Origin: an uncultured archaeon
Lineage (GTDB): Archaea; Thermoproteota; Nitrososphaeria; Nitrososphaerales; Gagatemarchaeaceae
NCBI GenBank assembly: GCA_963817525.1
Contig: CAWFOU010000001.1
Location: 288,001-352,000 of the forward strand
Length of the DNA stretch: 64,000 nucleotides
Direction of reading: 5' to 3'
The position numbers were made by a program, and so were the translations under genes. The notes beneath the pieces were generated by a model. It saw only the letters and a list, made by a program, of their open reading frames with translations, searched no databases and was not told where the DNA came from. Positions 46,265 through 56,756 of this stretch are shown here, in pieces; position 1 is the stretch's first letter; each line of letters starts with the position of its first letter.

Positions 46265-46972
46265 ATGGAGTCGTCCCGGCAGGAGTCCATCGCAAAGATA
46301 GCTGGCGAGGTGGTCGCCAGCGAGGAGCCGGGCAAGGCCCTAAAGTCCTGGAGAGAGAAGCTGGGCATCCGCCAGATCAACCTCGCCAGGCAGCTCAAGC
46401 TCTCCCCCTCGGTCCTGAGCGACTATGAGAGCGGGAGGAGGCCTTCTCCGGGCGTCCTCTTCGTGAGGAAGTACGTCGAGGCGATGGTCACCCTGGACGA
46501 GTCCCAGGGCAGGGTCGCCTCGAGGCTCCTGTCGAGGGAGGACAGCTCGGCGATATTGGCGATAAAGGAGTTCGTGGAGCCCATCAGCGCGGCCGACCTC
46601 CTCCACAGGGTAAAGGCCAAGGTACTCGTGGGCGACCCGTCGAGGCTCCACCTGTACGGCTACACCGTGGTCGACAGCATCAAGACGATCTACGCGCTTT
46701 CCGGCTACGACTTTTACCGCATCTTCGGCGCTACCACAGAGCGCGCGATAATCTTCACCAAGGTGGGGATGGGGAGGAGCCCACTCGTCGCCATCCGCGT
46801 CTCACAGCTAAAGCCGAGGGTGGTTGTGGTCCACGGCCCGGAGCACCTGGACCCGCTCGCCGTAGACCTGGCCAGGAAGGAGGGCCTCGTCCTCGCCCTC
46901 TCGCACAGCACGGACGAGGCGGACATCATCTCATCCCTCGCGTCCCTTGGCCGCGAGCGCTCCAAGCCCTGA
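46265..46972 (+). CDS. XRE-HTH transcriptional regulator (archaeal COG1709-like)
   Basis: IAGEVVASEEPGKALKSWRE, SPSVLSDYESGRR, GYTVVDS, GRSPLVAIRV. Confidence 0.88.
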   Translation: MESSRQESIAKIAGEVVASEEPGKALKSWREKLGIRQINLARQLKLSPSVLSDYESGRRPSPGVLFVRKYVEAMVTLDESQGRVASRLLSREDSSAILAIKEFVEPISAADLLHRVKAKVLVGDPSRLHLYGYTVVDSIKTIYALSGYDFYRIFGATTERAIIFTKVGMGRSPLVAIRVSQLKPRVVVVHGPEHLDPLAVDLARKEGLVLALSHSTDEADIISSLASLGRERSKP

Positions 46973-47033
46973 GGGTCCCGCGCCGGGAACCTTTTTAGGG
47001 CATGTCCGGGGCGCGTCGAAAAAGCGGCCTGCC

Positions 47034-47852
47034 GTGATTCACGTCACACCACTCTCTTCCCTAGTCGCCCTTGCCGTGGTGGTCGCCTTCGCGCTCGTCG
47101 CCATAGGGGCCAAGGCCATCGACAGGCGCGGCTTCCTCGCCAGCTTGGCGGTGGGCTATCCGATCATCCTCGGAGGGGGGTGGACCTGGTTCGCCATCGT
47201 CGCCACCTTCTTCGTCCTGGGGGTAGCCTTCACCTGGTATCGCTACGAGTACAAGAAGAGCATAGGGAGCGCACAGGAGAAGGGCGGCACGAGGAACTGG
47301 CCAAACATCCTCGCGAACGGGGGGATCGCCTCCCTCCTCGGGCTGGGAGAGCTCCTCGGCGGGGGACTCGTCTTCTCCGTCCTCTACGTGGGCGCCGTCT
47401 CCGCCGCCGCCAGCGATACCGTCGCGACCGAGCTCGGCCTACTCAACAAGGCCCCGCCTCGCCTCATCACCGACCTGAGGAAGAGCGTCTCTCCCGGGAC
47501 CTCCGGTGGAGTGAGCCCGATGGGGATGGCCGGGACGCTCCTCGCCTCCGCCCTGATAGGGGTGGTCGCCGCTGCCCTGGGGGTGGCGAGCGGCCTGCAG
47601 GCTCCCTACGTCGTGGCGGTGACCATCTCGGGAGGCGTCATCGGCTCCCTCGCCGACAGCGTCGCGGGCGCGACCATCCAGAGGAAGAGCTACTGCGTGG
47701 TTTGCGGCAAGCCCTCGGAGAACCTGGTCCATTGCGACGAGCCCACCAGGTACTCGTCCGGCCTAAAGCCGGTGGACAACCACGTGGTCAACATCATCGC
47801 GACGGTCTTCGGCGCCCTCGGGGCGCTCGGGCTGTTCCTGCTTCTCAGGTGA
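47034..47852 (+). CDS. DUF92/TMEM19 membrane protein
   Basis: RNWPNILANG, SDTVATELG, PGTSGGVS, DSVAGATIQ, DNHVVN. Confidence 0.92.
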   Translation: MIHVTPLSSLVALAVVVAFALVAIGAKAIDRRGFLASLAVGYPIILGGGWTWFAIVATFFVLGVAFTWYRYEYKKSIGSAQEKGGTRNWPNILANGGIASLLGLGELLGGGLVFSVLYVGAVSAAASDTVATELGLLNKAPPRLITDLRKSVSPGTSGGVSPMGMAGTLLASALIGVVAAALGVASGLQAPYVVAVTISGGVIGSLADSVAGATIQRKSYCVVCGKPSENLVHCDEPTRYSSGLKPVDNHVVNIIATVFGALGALGLFLLLR

Positions 47853-47859
47853 GGCGCGG

Positions 47860-49323
47860 CTAGCGGAGGTTGGCCGTGAGCCACTCGCCCAGCTTGTCCT
47901 TGCCGACCTTGTCCTGCGACCTGTCGTCCCTGTGCCTCACCGTGACCTCCCCCTTGGCGAGGGTGTCCTGGTCGACGGTGACGCAGAAGGGGACCCCCGC
48001 CTCGTCGGCCCTCGCGTACCTCCTGCCTATCGAGCCCGACTCGTCGTAGAACAGGTCATAGTCCCCGCGCAGCGAGTTGTAGAGCCTCTCCGCCTCCACG
48101 TCTAGGCCGTCCTTCGAGACGAGGGGGAAGATGCCCGCCTGGATGGGGGCTATCCCGGGCCTGAGGGAGAGGTAGACCCTCTCCTGCCCCTTCGCGTCCT
48201 GCTCTGACCGGTAGGCCTTTTCCAGGATGACGTAGATGCTCCTGTCCACCCCCATCGAGAGCTCGAATATGTGGGGAAGGACCTTCTTCCCGTCGTCCTC
48301 GACGGTGTAGTCGGTCCCGCTCACCTCCGAGTGCCGCTTGAGGTCGTAGTCCGACCTGTAGTTGCACGCGACGAGCTCCAGCCACCCCACCGAGGTCCTG
48401 ACCTCCAGGTCGAACGCCACCTTGGAGTAGAACGCCTTCTCGACGTCCGTGAGCGTCCGGAGCCTGATGTCGCCCTTCGGTATCCCGACTGCCTCCTCGT
48501 AGAAGTTCTGGATGAGATAGAGGTAGTAGCCGATCAGCTTGTTGGGGACCGTCCCGGCCGCGATCGCGTCAGAGACCTTGGAGGGGGTGGGCTCGGCGTC
48601 CCCCTTCGAGATGGAGAGCGCAAAGTCAGACGCGACGTCGAATTTGGTGAGCGAGACGTTGTCGGGGTTGAAACAGACCTCTATCTCCGCCTGGTAGATT
48701 TCCCTGACCCGGAGGACCCCCTGCCTGGGGGCTATCTCGTTCCTGAAGCTCTTCCCGAACTGGGCGAACCCCTTCGGGAGCTTGAGGCGCTGCGTCTTGA
48801 AGAGGTAGGGGATGTCGGCGAAGATCCCCTGACAGGTCTCCGGGCGGAGATACGCTTCGTCCCCCTGGGGGCCTATCCCGAGCTTGAACATCATGTTGAA
48901 CCTCTTCGTCCCGCTCAGCTCGGCCTTGCACTTTGCGCAGCGTATCCCGTTCTCCTTGAGGAGCTCGTCGTATCTCTCGTCGGGCAGCCCCTCGGGCACG
49001 GGGTGGCCCGTATTCTCCTCGATGAGCTTGTCCGGCCTGTATAGCGAGTGGCAGTTCGCGCAGACGACTATGGGGTCGGTGAAGTTGGACAGGTGCCCGG
49101 AGGCCACGAACACGGCCTTGGGCATGATCTGGGCGGCGTCGATCTCCACCATCTCGTCGCGCTTGACCAGGTGCTTCCTCCAGAGCTCGACGTACCTGTT
49201 CTTGAGGGCGACCCCGAGCGGGCCGTAGTCCCAAAAGCCGGCCGGAGTGTTGGGATACGCCTCGGCGGACCTGATGAGGTAGCCGCGCCTCTGCGCGACG
49301 TTCATGACGTCTTCGTAGTTCAT
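47860..49323 (-). CDS. glyS: Glycine--tRNA ligase (alpha2 type)
   Basis: DYGPLG, LRPETCQG, GKSFRNEIAPR, ELSMGVDR, SIGRRYAR. Confidence 0.96.
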   Translation of the reverse strand: MNYEDVMNVAQRRGYLIRSAEAYPNTPAGFWDYGPLGVALKNRYVELWRKHLVKRDEMVEIDAAQIMPKAVFVASGHLSNFTDPIVVCANCHSLYRPDKLIEENTGHPVPEGLPDERYDELLKENGIRCAKCKAELSGTKRFNMMFKLGIGPQGDEAYLRPETCQGIFADIPYLFKTQRLKLPKGFAQFGKSFRNEIAPRQGVLRVREIYQAEIEVCFNPDNVSLTKFDVASDFALSISKGDAEPTPSKVSDAIAAGTVPNKLIGYYLYLIQNFYEEAVGIPKGDIRLRTLTDVEKAFYSKVAFDLEVRTSVGWLELVACNYRSDYDLKRHSEVSGTDYTVEDDGKKVLPHIFELSMGVDRSIYVILEKAYRSEQDAKGQERVYLSLRPGIAPIQAGIFPLVSKDGLDVEAERLYNSLRGDYDLFYDESGSIGRRYARADEAGVPFCVTVDQDTLAKGEVTVRHRDDRSQDKVGKDKLGEWLTANLR

Positions 49324-49389
49324 GTGGTCCCCGTGCGCCCGGCTCGCCCGCACCATATTTTAGGAGTCGGTGGGGCGAGTGACCCTTTC

Positions 49390-49617
49390 TTAGATTGCCT
49401 TGATCTGCTTGACGACGCTGGGCCTTACCTTCCTGAAGACCCTGTAGCCGCAGATGCACTTCACCTCGGGAAGAGTGGAAAGCTCCTCCTGGGTCGTCCG
49501 CGTCCCGCACCTCACGCACTCGTAGACCGCCCCTGGGAAGACCTTGACCGGCTGCTCTGCCGCAGGCGCGACCTGGGTCGTCGCCTCGCCGGATTGCGGC
49601 GGTTGTGTTTCAGACAT
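49390..49617 (-). CDS. rpo12: RNA polymerase subunit Rpo12 (RpoP)
   Basis: YECVRCG..KCICGYRVFRKVRP. Confidence 0.92.
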   Translation of the reverse strand: MSETQPPQSGEATTQVAPAAEQPVKVFPGAVYECVRCGTRTTQEELSTLPEVKCICGYRVFRKVRPSVVKQIKAI

Positions 49618-49719
49618 GTCACTTTGTCGCGCCCAAGGGTCGTATTTTTACATTGCCCCTCAAATCGGGGTTTTTTCAATGCGAACGGTTAAATTTCGCT
49701 CCTGCGACCCTCCGCTTGC

Positions 49720-49998
49720 ATGGCAAACGACCGGGCCCTTGGATGGGCGATACTCATCGTGAGCGCCCTGGGGATAATCGTCTACGGCGGGCTCCTATAC
49801 TTCTATTCGACTTTGATACTGGAGATCACTGCCTTCTTGGCCGTCGTGGTCCTTCTGGGGATCCTCGGCTGGATAGGCTGGACTATGGCGACCACTCCTC
49901 CGCCAGAGCCGATGCCCGACATGGCAGCGTCAGCAACTCAGGCGCCTCCCGCATCTGGCGCCCCCGCCACGGCCGGGGACAAGAAGCCCTCCAGCTGA
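49720..49998 (+). CDS. Conserved small 2-TM archaeal membrane protein
   Basis: GILGWIGWTMATTPPPEP. Confidence 0.8.
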   Translation: MANDRALGWAILIVSALGIIVYGGLLYFYSTLILEITAFLAVVVLLGILGWIGWTMATTPPPEPMPDMAASATQAPPASGAPATAGDKKPSS

Positions 49999-50002
49999 AA
50001 GG

Positions 50003-50740
50003 CTAGTACTTCCTGAACCGGATGCTCAGGACCCCCACAAGGAACCCCCAGATCTCTCCTCCTCCCATCTTGGAGGCGCCCTTTGACCTCTCCTCGAAGG
50101 TGAACGGGACCTCCACCATCTTGAACCCGTTCTCCTTCATGATGTAGAGAGACTCCACTTGGAAGATGAACCCGCTCGAGCGAGGCGGGTGGGCGAGCAG
50201 GCACTCGACGGCGGTCCTCCTTAGCGCCTTGAACCCGGTGGTGGTGTCCTTGACCGGGAGGCCGAGGATCGTCCGCGAGAGCCAGCTCGCCCCCTTGCTG
50301 ATCATCTTCCGCCTCCAGTTCAGGCCCTTGAAGCTCCCCCCCTTGACGTGCCGAGACGCGATGGCCACGTCGGCGCCGCCCGTGGCGACCTTCGCCACGA
50401 GGGACTCGAGGATCTCCGGCGGGTGCTGCAGGTCTGCGTCCATCTGCACGACGACGTCAGTGTCCTTGTCCTGCATCACCTGCCTGAAGCCGTCCAGATA
50501 GGCCGTCCCGAGGCCTTTCTTCCCCTCCCTCTCCAGGAGCCGGAACGCGGGGGTGGTCGCCATCTGGCCCCTTATCTCTCCGCCCGTCCCGTCCGGGCTG
50601 TTGTCGTCCACGAAGAGGACGGTCATCCTGGGCCCCATTGACGCGAGGACCGGTGCGAGCCTGCGCTTGAACTCCGCGATGTTCTCCCTCTCGTTGTAGG
50701 TCGGGACGACGACCGCGACTCTCGGCTTGGCCCCGGACAT
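50003..50740 (-). CDS. Polyprenol-phosphate mannosyltransferase-like GT2
   Basis: VVPTYNERENI, DDNSPDGT, GLGTAY, MDADLQHPP, DTTTGFK. Confidence 0.9.
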   Translation of the reverse strand: MSGAKPRVAVVVPTYNERENIAEFKRRLAPVLASMGPRMTVLFVDDNSPDGTGGEIRGQMATTPAFRLLEREGKKGLGTAYLDGFRQVMQDKDTDVVVQMDADLQHPPEILESLVAKVATGGADVAIASRHVKGGSFKGLNWRRKMISKGASWLSRTILGLPVKDTTTGFKALRRTAVECLLAHPPRSSGFIFQVESLYIMKENGFKMVEVPFTFEERSKGASKMGGGEIWGFLVGVLSIRFRKY

Positions 50741-50781
50741 CGCCGCGGGATCGACTCTCGGCTGGGGTCCCTTCTCCAGGG

Positions 50782-51888
50782 TCAACCCTTGACCGCCTTC
50801 GCGAACTCCTCCGCGATGAGCTGGATGTCGGCCTCGCTCACCCCGGGGTGGACGGGGAGGGAGAGGACGTGAGCGGCGGCGCTCGCCGACATGGGGAGCT
50901 TCTTCTCCCCGTGTCCCAGCTGCTTGTAGAGGGGCATCTTGTTCACCGGGGTCTCCCAGTACGCGGCTGCCCCCACGCCCCTGGCCCTGAGCTTCTTCAT
51001 GACCTCGTCCCTCTTCTTGGAAAGGAACAAGGTGTAGAGGTACCAGACGTGAGTCCTGTCGGTCGGCTCCTGCCTGAGGTCCACGCCCTTCATCTGCGAG
51101 ATCGCCTCGGTGAGGGCCTTTGCGTTCCTCCTCCGCGCCCCGATGTAAGCGTCGAGCCTGTCCATCTGCACGGAGGCGATGGCGGCGGCCATCTCAGGGA
51201 GCCTGTAGTTGAAGCCGAGGACCCTCGTGTCGTAGCCTCCCCGCATCCCGTGGTTTCTCACGAGCCTGACGCGGTCGGCGAACTCGTCGTCGTCGGTGGT
51301 TATCGCGCCCCCCTCGCCCGACGTTATCACCTTCGTCGCGTATAGGCTGAAGCACCCAGAGTGGTCGGTCTTCCCCGCTGGCCTCCCGTGGTACTCCGCC
51401 CCGAGGGACTCTGCGGCGTCCTCTATCATCCTGATGGAGTGCCTGTCGGCGATCTCCCTCACCTCGTCCAGGTCGGCGGGGTACCCATAGACGTCGACCG
51501 GTATTATCGCCTTGGTCTTCTTGCCCACCTTCTTCCGGACGTCGGCCGAGTCGACGTTGTAGTCGGCCTTGATGTCGGCGAAGACCGGCTTGGCACCGCA
51601 CGCTAGAACCACGTTCGCCGTCGCCTCGAAGGTGAAGGCGGGCACGACGACCTCGTCTCCGGGGCCGACGCCGTACGCGACGAGCGAGGCGTGGAGAGCG
51701 GCCGTCCCAGAGTTTACGGCGATGGCATGCTTCGTCCCCACCTTGGCCTTCAGCTTCGCCTCGAACTCCTTGACGAACTTCCCGCCCTCGTAGCTGGCGT
51801 TGGTGAGGATGCCGCTCTCGAGCACCGACATCACCGCCTCCTTCTCCTCCTTCCCCAGTATGGGGATGTTTATCGGGATGAATCTCAT
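50782..51888 (-). CDS. DegT/DnrJ/EryC1/StrS aminotransferase
   Basis: NSGTAALH, EDAAESLG, FSLYATKVITSGEGG, GFNYR. Confidence 0.93.
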   Translation of the reverse strand: MRFIPINIPILGKEEKEAVMSVLESGILTNASYEGGKFVKEFEAKLKAKVGTKHAIAVNSGTAALHASLVAYGVGPGDEVVVPAFTFEATANVVLACGAKPVFADIKADYNVDSADVRKKVGKKTKAIIPVDVYGYPADLDEVREIADRHSIRMIEDAAESLGAEYHGRPAGKTDHSGCFSLYATKVITSGEGGAITTDDDEFADRVRLVRNHGMRGGYDTRVLGFNYRLPEMAAAIASVQMDRLDAYIGARRRNAKALTEAISQMKGVDLRQEPTDRTHVWYLYTLFLSKKRDEVMKKLRARGVGAAAYWETPVNKMPLYKQLGHGEKKLPMSASAAAHVLSLPVHPGVSEADIQLIAEEFAKAVKG

Positions 51889-51895
51889 GGTCTGG

Positions 51896-52987
51896 TCACC
51901 GCGCCGCCGGGGCCTTCGCCTCTTCGTGTATGGTCGCCACGACTTCCTCGAGGGCCTTCGTCCCCGCGAAGTGCTTCCTCACTGGCGCGACCACCTCGTC
52001 CAGGCTCTGGGCCACCGCCTTTTTTAGGTCAGTGGGGTGGAGCTTGCCCTGCAGGTACGCTGCTTCGAGCTCGGCATAGCTCCCGAACGACACCGTCCCG
52101 CCATATTTTTCCGGCCTGACCACCTCCAGGTGGTCCGCCTCGTGGAAGACGATTTGCTTCGCAAAGTCGAGCACGGGGTTGCCTTCCGCCTGCTTCTCGG
52201 GGCACCACGCCTTGCCCATCTTCCGGGCTATCTCCTCCGTGCTGTCGTGTATGAAGATCGCAGAGTCAGGCTTTGACTTGCTCATCTTGCTCGAGACTAC
52301 CTTGTCGGACTCGGCGTCCTCGTCGATCCCCACGCCCTCCGGCTTTTGTAGGCCCGCGAGGAGGTGGTGGTGGAGAGCGACCGGGACCTTCCACCCGAGG
52401 GACGGGAAGACCTCCCTCACGAGGACGTGCACCTTCCGCTGGTCCATCCCACTGTGCGCGATGTCGAGGTCCATCGCCCTGATGTCCGTCGCCTGCATCG
52501 GCGGGTAGACGTACTGCGCCACGTCCAGCTTCTCCTTCGTCGTCCTGCCCATTATCGTGAGGCAGCGCGTGTCGCGCGCCAGGGTTATCTGCTTCGAGAA
52601 GCGCAATAGGTCCATCCAGTACCGGTCGTTGCCTTTGTAGAGAGTGCTGCCCAGCTCGAACTCCACGCCGGGGCAGAAGAACCCGAAGGCCTGCTTATAG
52701 TATCTGGAAACCCGTTCTATCTTCTCAAAGTCGCCCCCCATCTTGTTGTTGATGTAGCTGTGCCAGTCGGCGAGGAAGACCTTACAGCGGATGCCCGCCT
52801 TCAGAAAGTCGTTTATCTTGAAGCCGAGGATGACGAGCGATCCAAGGTGCAGGAGCCCCGAGATCTCGAGGCCGATGTAATGCTTAGGGTGCGCCTCCCT
52901 CTCCAGGAGCGCGGCGAGCTCTGCCTCGGTCAGGACCTCCTCCGTCGGCGGCCTCCTCACGAGCGCGAGCCTTTCCTCTAGGTCCAA
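51896..52987 (-). CDS. tyrS: Tyrosine--tRNA ligase
   Basis: YIGLEISGLLHLGS, YPPMQATD, GMDQRKVH, KMSKS. Confidence 0.96.
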   Translation of the reverse strand: MDLEERLALVRRPPTEEVLTEAELAALLEREAHPKHYIGLEISGLLHLGSLVILGFKINDFLKAGIRCKVFLADWHSYINNKMGGDFEKIERVSRYYKQAFGFFCPGVEFELGSTLYKGNDRYWMDLLRFSKQITLARDTRCLTIMGRTTKEKLDVAQYVYPPMQATDIRAMDLDIAHSGMDQRKVHVLVREVFPSLGWKVPVALHHHLLAGLQKPEGVGIDEDAESDKVVSSKMSKSKPDSAIFIHDSTEEIARKMGKAWCPEKQAEGNPVLDFAKQIVFHEADHLEVVRPEKYGGTVSFGSYAELEAAYLQGKLHPTDLKKAVAQSLDEVVAPVRKHFAGTKALEEVVATIHEEAKAPAAR

Positions 52988-53124
52988 GATCTCTCGCCGT
53001 CTCTTTCCCTTCGCCGGTCGGCATTTAAGGGATTAATCAACACAGCACTGATTTGTTAGAGGATCGCACCTAGGACAGGGGTCGCAAACATCATGAGCGC
53101 GCCCACCTCGCAGGGCCGGTTGGT

Positions 53125-53733
53125 CTAGCCGATGCTGGTGACCTGGCAAACGCTGATTGGCGTGGTCCCGGATATTTCTGGTCGTCCGGTATACGGGTCG
53201 CATACCACGGTCAATGGCAATCCATTTGGGGTTCCGCAGTCAATAGGGCAGTTGGCACAGGACTCGTTGGGGTCACACACCGCGTTCCCACACGACTGTT
53301 GGAACACCGCGCAATCGGTGGCGTCCATGCCAGAAGGGCAGGGATAGTCTGGCGCGTACGGATAGTGTGGTGCCAGGGTGTATCCCTGGGGGATGTAGCC
53401 CAGGTAGTCTGCCCAGACGCCTTCCGGCACGATGCACTGGCCCGCCGAATTCCTCGCGCAAGTGCCGCCGGCCGGACCCAGCTGTGCGGTGGCACTCGTT
53501 TGAGTCTGCGTTGTGTTGCTCGAAGCAACACCGGTGCTGCCAGCGCTCGTGATGGTGCTCACACGTGTCGGTGGTGCTGCCGTGTAGTGGTATATCCCCA
53601 CCGCCCCCCCGAGCAGCAGGAGTCCGAGCAGCGCAATGACACTGGCCTTCGCAATCGCGCCACGATTGACCAAGTCAACCAGACTCTGCCAAAAGGATAG
53701 GTCCGAGCCATTAAAACCTTCAGGGTTAGACAT
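53125..53733 (-). CDS. Membrane-anchored Cys-rich secreted protein
   Basis: TM helix, S/T linker, CGNAVCDPNESCANCPIDC motif; atypical codon usage. Confidence 0.7.
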   Translation of the reverse strand: MSNPEGFNGSDLSFWQSLVDLVNRGAIAKASVIALLGLLLLGGAVGIYHYTAAPPTRVSTITSAGSTGVASSNTTQTQTSATAQLGPAGGTCARNSAGQCIVPEGVWADYLGYIPQGYTLAPHYPYAPDYPCPSGMDATDCAVFQQSCGNAVCDPNESCANCPIDCGTPNGLPLTVVCDPYTGRPEISGTTPISVCQVTSIG

Positions 53734-53941
53734 GGTTTTTGGGTTCTGGGATTACAGGTCCAGCTGAAAGCGCCCGCTGCCGAGAACACGGGCGACTCCA
53801 CTTGTTTTGCGGAAGCTCCAAGGGTCTGAATTGAGGGATTAAGGCGAAGGGGCCTCGGTCGCGCCGCGCGGCCGGTCGCCGGCGTCTGCCCCCTTCGAAA
53901 AACCCTTAAAGGAAAGTCAGGACGACTCCGAGACGATACGA

Positions 53942-54508
53942 ATGGAGCAGATGGACGAGCTCCGGCGTCCGGACGCAAGGACCCGACTGATGTACAAGAT
54001 AGTCTGCGGGGTCTCCGGCGTAGTCATCCTCGCGACCATAACCTACGGCGTCGCGACCTCCGCCCTCTACGCTAGCGGGAGCATACCAGTCATCGGTCAG
54101 AACATGATCAATGTCAGCTGGCCGCTCCCGTATCTGGCGCAGCCCGTCGACTATCTCAGCGTGGCTTCCGTCATATTCTTCTACACAGCGATCCGGCTGT
54201 GGCAGAACAAGGTCGCCCAGTGGTCGCACCTAGAGCTCGCTTCACTACAGCTGGTAGCCATCGTGGTCGCGTTCGCGTCTGCATACGAGATCATGTACAA
54301 CTTCATGTTGTGGGGTTCGTACTTCAGCGTGCAGGTTCTGACCGACAGCGTGACCGCAAACCCGAACTTCATCGTTAGCCCCGGGTCGACCCCGTGGAAC
54401 CTGGTCTTCGCGACCAAGGTCTTCTCTTCTCTCTTCGTGATAAGCGGATATACAGTGTACTTCCTGAGAAAGGTCCATCAGGTCCGGGGACTGCCAGACA
54501 CGCTCTGA
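53942..54508 (+). CDS. Hypothetical multi-TM membrane protein
   Basis: Four hydrophobic helices; YEIMYNFMLW, NLVFATK. Confidence 0.7.
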   Translation: MEQMDELRRPDARTRLMYKIVCGVSGVVILATITYGVATSALYASGSIPVIGQNMINVSWPLPYLAQPVDYLSVASVIFFYTAIRLWQNKVAQWSHLELASLQLVAIVVAFASAYEIMYNFMLWGSYFSVQVLTDSVTANPNFIVSPGSTPWNLVFATKVFSSLFVISGYTVYFLRKVHQVRGLPDTL

Positions 54509-54510
54509 GC

Positions 54511-54879
54511 CTACTTCGCGCCTGTCGTCTGGCTGCCCATCGAAAGGGTCGCTAGCTCGAGGTATGCGCAGATTATCGCAAACACCCCGAAGATCGCGCC
54601 CGTCGTGAGCCCGAGCGACCCCAGGCCGGTCCCGAAGAGCGTCGCCGCGACATAGACCTGGTATATCGTGAGCGTCAGCCCGAACAAGGCGCTGGCCCCT
54701 GCCAACGGTCTCGTGCCCCAGTTGCTCGGCATAGCGATGAGGAGTAGCCCGCTGAGGATGAACGCGAGGACGGCGAGGAGAAGGAGCAGGTCTCCGCCGG
54801 TGGCCACTATCCCCAGCCAGAAGACCCCCACCACGAGGAAGAGGATGGGGACTAGCAGTTCCTTCGGCGACTTCGCCAC
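54511..54879 (-). CDS. Hypothetical 4-TM membrane protein
   Basis: Hydrophobic 122-aa ORF, host codon usage. Confidence 0.7.
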   Translation of the reverse strand: MAKSPKELLVPILFLVVGVFWLGIVATGGDLLLLLAVLAFILSGLLLIAMPSNWGTRPLAGASALFGLTLTIYQVYVAATLFGTGLGSLGLTTGAIFGVFAIICAYLELATLSMGSQTTGAK

Positions 54880-54995
54880 GACTCCGACCGAAAAATGCAG
54901 AAGTTATAATCGTAGCGGTTCCCCGCGAGGCCAGCACGGCCTAGACCAGCGGGTTTTTGAGAGGCAGGAGCCGGGCCGGGCAGGGAGAGTTTACC

Positions 54996-56492
54996 ATGGC
55001 CGAAGCGTCTCACGCCGACAAGACTATCCAGGTCCAGGGAGGCCTCTCGCCCCCTGAGGTCCGCGGCGTGACGGATTACATCAAGAAGCACTACCTCGAC
55101 CTGAACCTGGACTCGCTCTCAGGAAAGGCCTACAGGGAGGCTTGGGCGAAGGACGGCGAGAGCGTCGAGCTCGACTGGGGCTTCTCTCCGCCAGAGACCC
55201 CGGGGAGGATAATAGAGCCCCTGCGCGGAAAGGCCGTGCGCCTGACCATCGCGCCGGCGTCTGTCTCGATCGGTTTCTCCGGGTTGGACGCCGCAGACGA
55301 GCCGGGACTGCAAGCGTGCCGAAGGGTGGCCGACGACCTCGACGTTCTTGTGAGCATGTTCCTCGCGAAGGCGAAGACCGCGAGCCTCTACTTCATCTTC
55401 TCCACAGAAGAGCCGGGGGCACTGAGGGACCTCCCCACCCCGTCCCCCTCGCTGTGGAAGGAGGCGCTGAGCAGGGTGACGAGGGGGAACATGATGAACC
55501 TCTACATCCTGATAATGGCCCTCAGCTTCGGGCTGTTCTTCCTGCTCGGCGACTCTGCGATATTCGCGGTGCTGGTGATCCAGCTCGGGGCGCTCTTCTA
55601 TTCAGACAGGATAGCCCTGCTGGTCGGCAGGGTCCGACCGACCTCCGAGAGGCCCAGGGTCACCATGGTGTGCGTGCCTGTCTCGATCGAGATGAAAGGC
55701 GAGGTGGCGAAACTGGCGAAGAGCGTCGTATCCGAGATCAGCGACAGGCTCGAGGGGAGGATCACCGGCGACGCGCTGCAGGGGCCTGCTGCGACGGAAG
55801 CCGTCCAGCAGGTGCTCACCAAGTCCGGGATCAAGTCCTCCACCGCGGAGATCAAGATAATCACGCGGAACGTCTATGGCCTGGTGAAGGACGTGGCAGA
55901 CCGGTTCAGGCTCCCGGTGCCAAAGATTACCATCCAGAACACCCTCGCGGACAACGCTGCAGCCACGGGCGTCTCTCCAGCAAGGTCGTCCATCGCCATC
56001 ACGGCTGGCTCTCTGGAGGACCTCGGTGACGCGGAGCTCTCTTCGGTCATAGGCCATGAGCTCGGCCACATAAAGGGAAGGGACTCCCTAATCCTGTTCT
56101 CGGCTACCTTCATCCTATACATCGGGGGCCTCTATCTCTGGTTCCCCGTTCTCCTCTTCCTGGGGCTCTTCTACTACATCCTGATCTTCGCCGTCATATT
56201 CTCGATCGGAAAGGTCCTCGAGACCCGTGCCGACACCGAGTCCGCGGCCACCTTGGGGGAGCCCGGGATGCTCGCCGCCGCGCTCACGAACATAGGCTTC
56301 AGGCAGCTCTACGCTGAAAAGTACTCCCGCGGGGCCCGGTTCATGGACTGGTTGACCTTCGACCCCCATCCGCCCATCTACTTCCGCGTCCAGCGCCTGT
56401 CGAAGCTCGCGGCGAGCGGGAAGGCGATCGGGAACACGTTGCTGGTCTCGATCAGGGACTGCGTCTCGGGCTTCTTCGACGCGATCCTCTGA
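54996..56492 (+). CDS. M48 (HtpX-like) membrane zinc metalloprotease with N-terminal extension
   Basis: NAAATG, GHELGH, ETRAD, HPPIYFRV. Confidence 0.88.
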   Translation: MAEASHADKTIQVQGGLSPPEVRGVTDYIKKHYLDLNLDSLSGKAYREAWAKDGESVELDWGFSPPETPGRIIEPLRGKAVRLTIAPASVSIGFSGLDAADEPGLQACRRVADDLDVLVSMFLAKAKTASLYFIFSTEEPGALRDLPTPSPSLWKEALSRVTRGNMMNLYILIMALSFGLFFLLGDSAIFAVLVIQLGALFYSDRIALLVGRVRPTSERPRVTMVCVPVSIEMKGEVAKLAKSVVSEISDRLEGRITGDALQGPAATEAVQQVLTKSGIKSSTAEIKIITRNVYGLVKDVADRFRLPVPKITIQNTLADNAAATGVSPARSSIAITAGSLEDLGDAELSSVIGHELGHIKGRDSLILFSATFILYIGGLYLWFPVLLFLGLFYYILIFAVIFSIGKVLETRADTESAATLGEPGMLAAALTNIGFRQLYAEKYSRGARFMDWLTFDPHPPIYFRVQRLSKLAASGKAIGNTLLVSIRDCVSGFFDAIL

Positions 56493-56524
56493 GCCCCTAC
56501 GTGCCCTGATTGAGGGTGTGGATT

Positions 56525-56756
56525 CGTTGGTCTGGTTCTGATGCGCCTCCGTGAGACGCGCCTTCCTGGCATCTGCTCCAAGGATCAGAGTCGTCGTCTC
56601 GTTCCCCGTCACAGCTTCACCCGCCAGGCCGAGCCTGATGGCGTCGTTGCACATGAGGCGGAACTCCTCGAAGAGGGAGGACAGCTCCTCGGAGGCCTCG
56701 TACCGGAAGCTGATTGCCTCGACCGATTCCATGCCTTGAAGGGAGATTTCAAGATA
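56525..56756 (-). mobile_element. Internally deleted TnpB-family element (MITE-like remnant); boundaries approximate
   Basis: MESVEAISFRY..LFEEFRLMCNDAIR (TnpB-like N-term) fused to GEAVTGNETTTLILGADARK (TnpB-like C-terminal tail); TTGAA-N7-TTCAA hairpin at the left end. Confidence 0.6.

Noticed and set aside
53734-53850. Structured leader or riboswitch upstream of the Cys-rich protein
   Set aside because: Only short GC hairpins, no recognisable aptamer.
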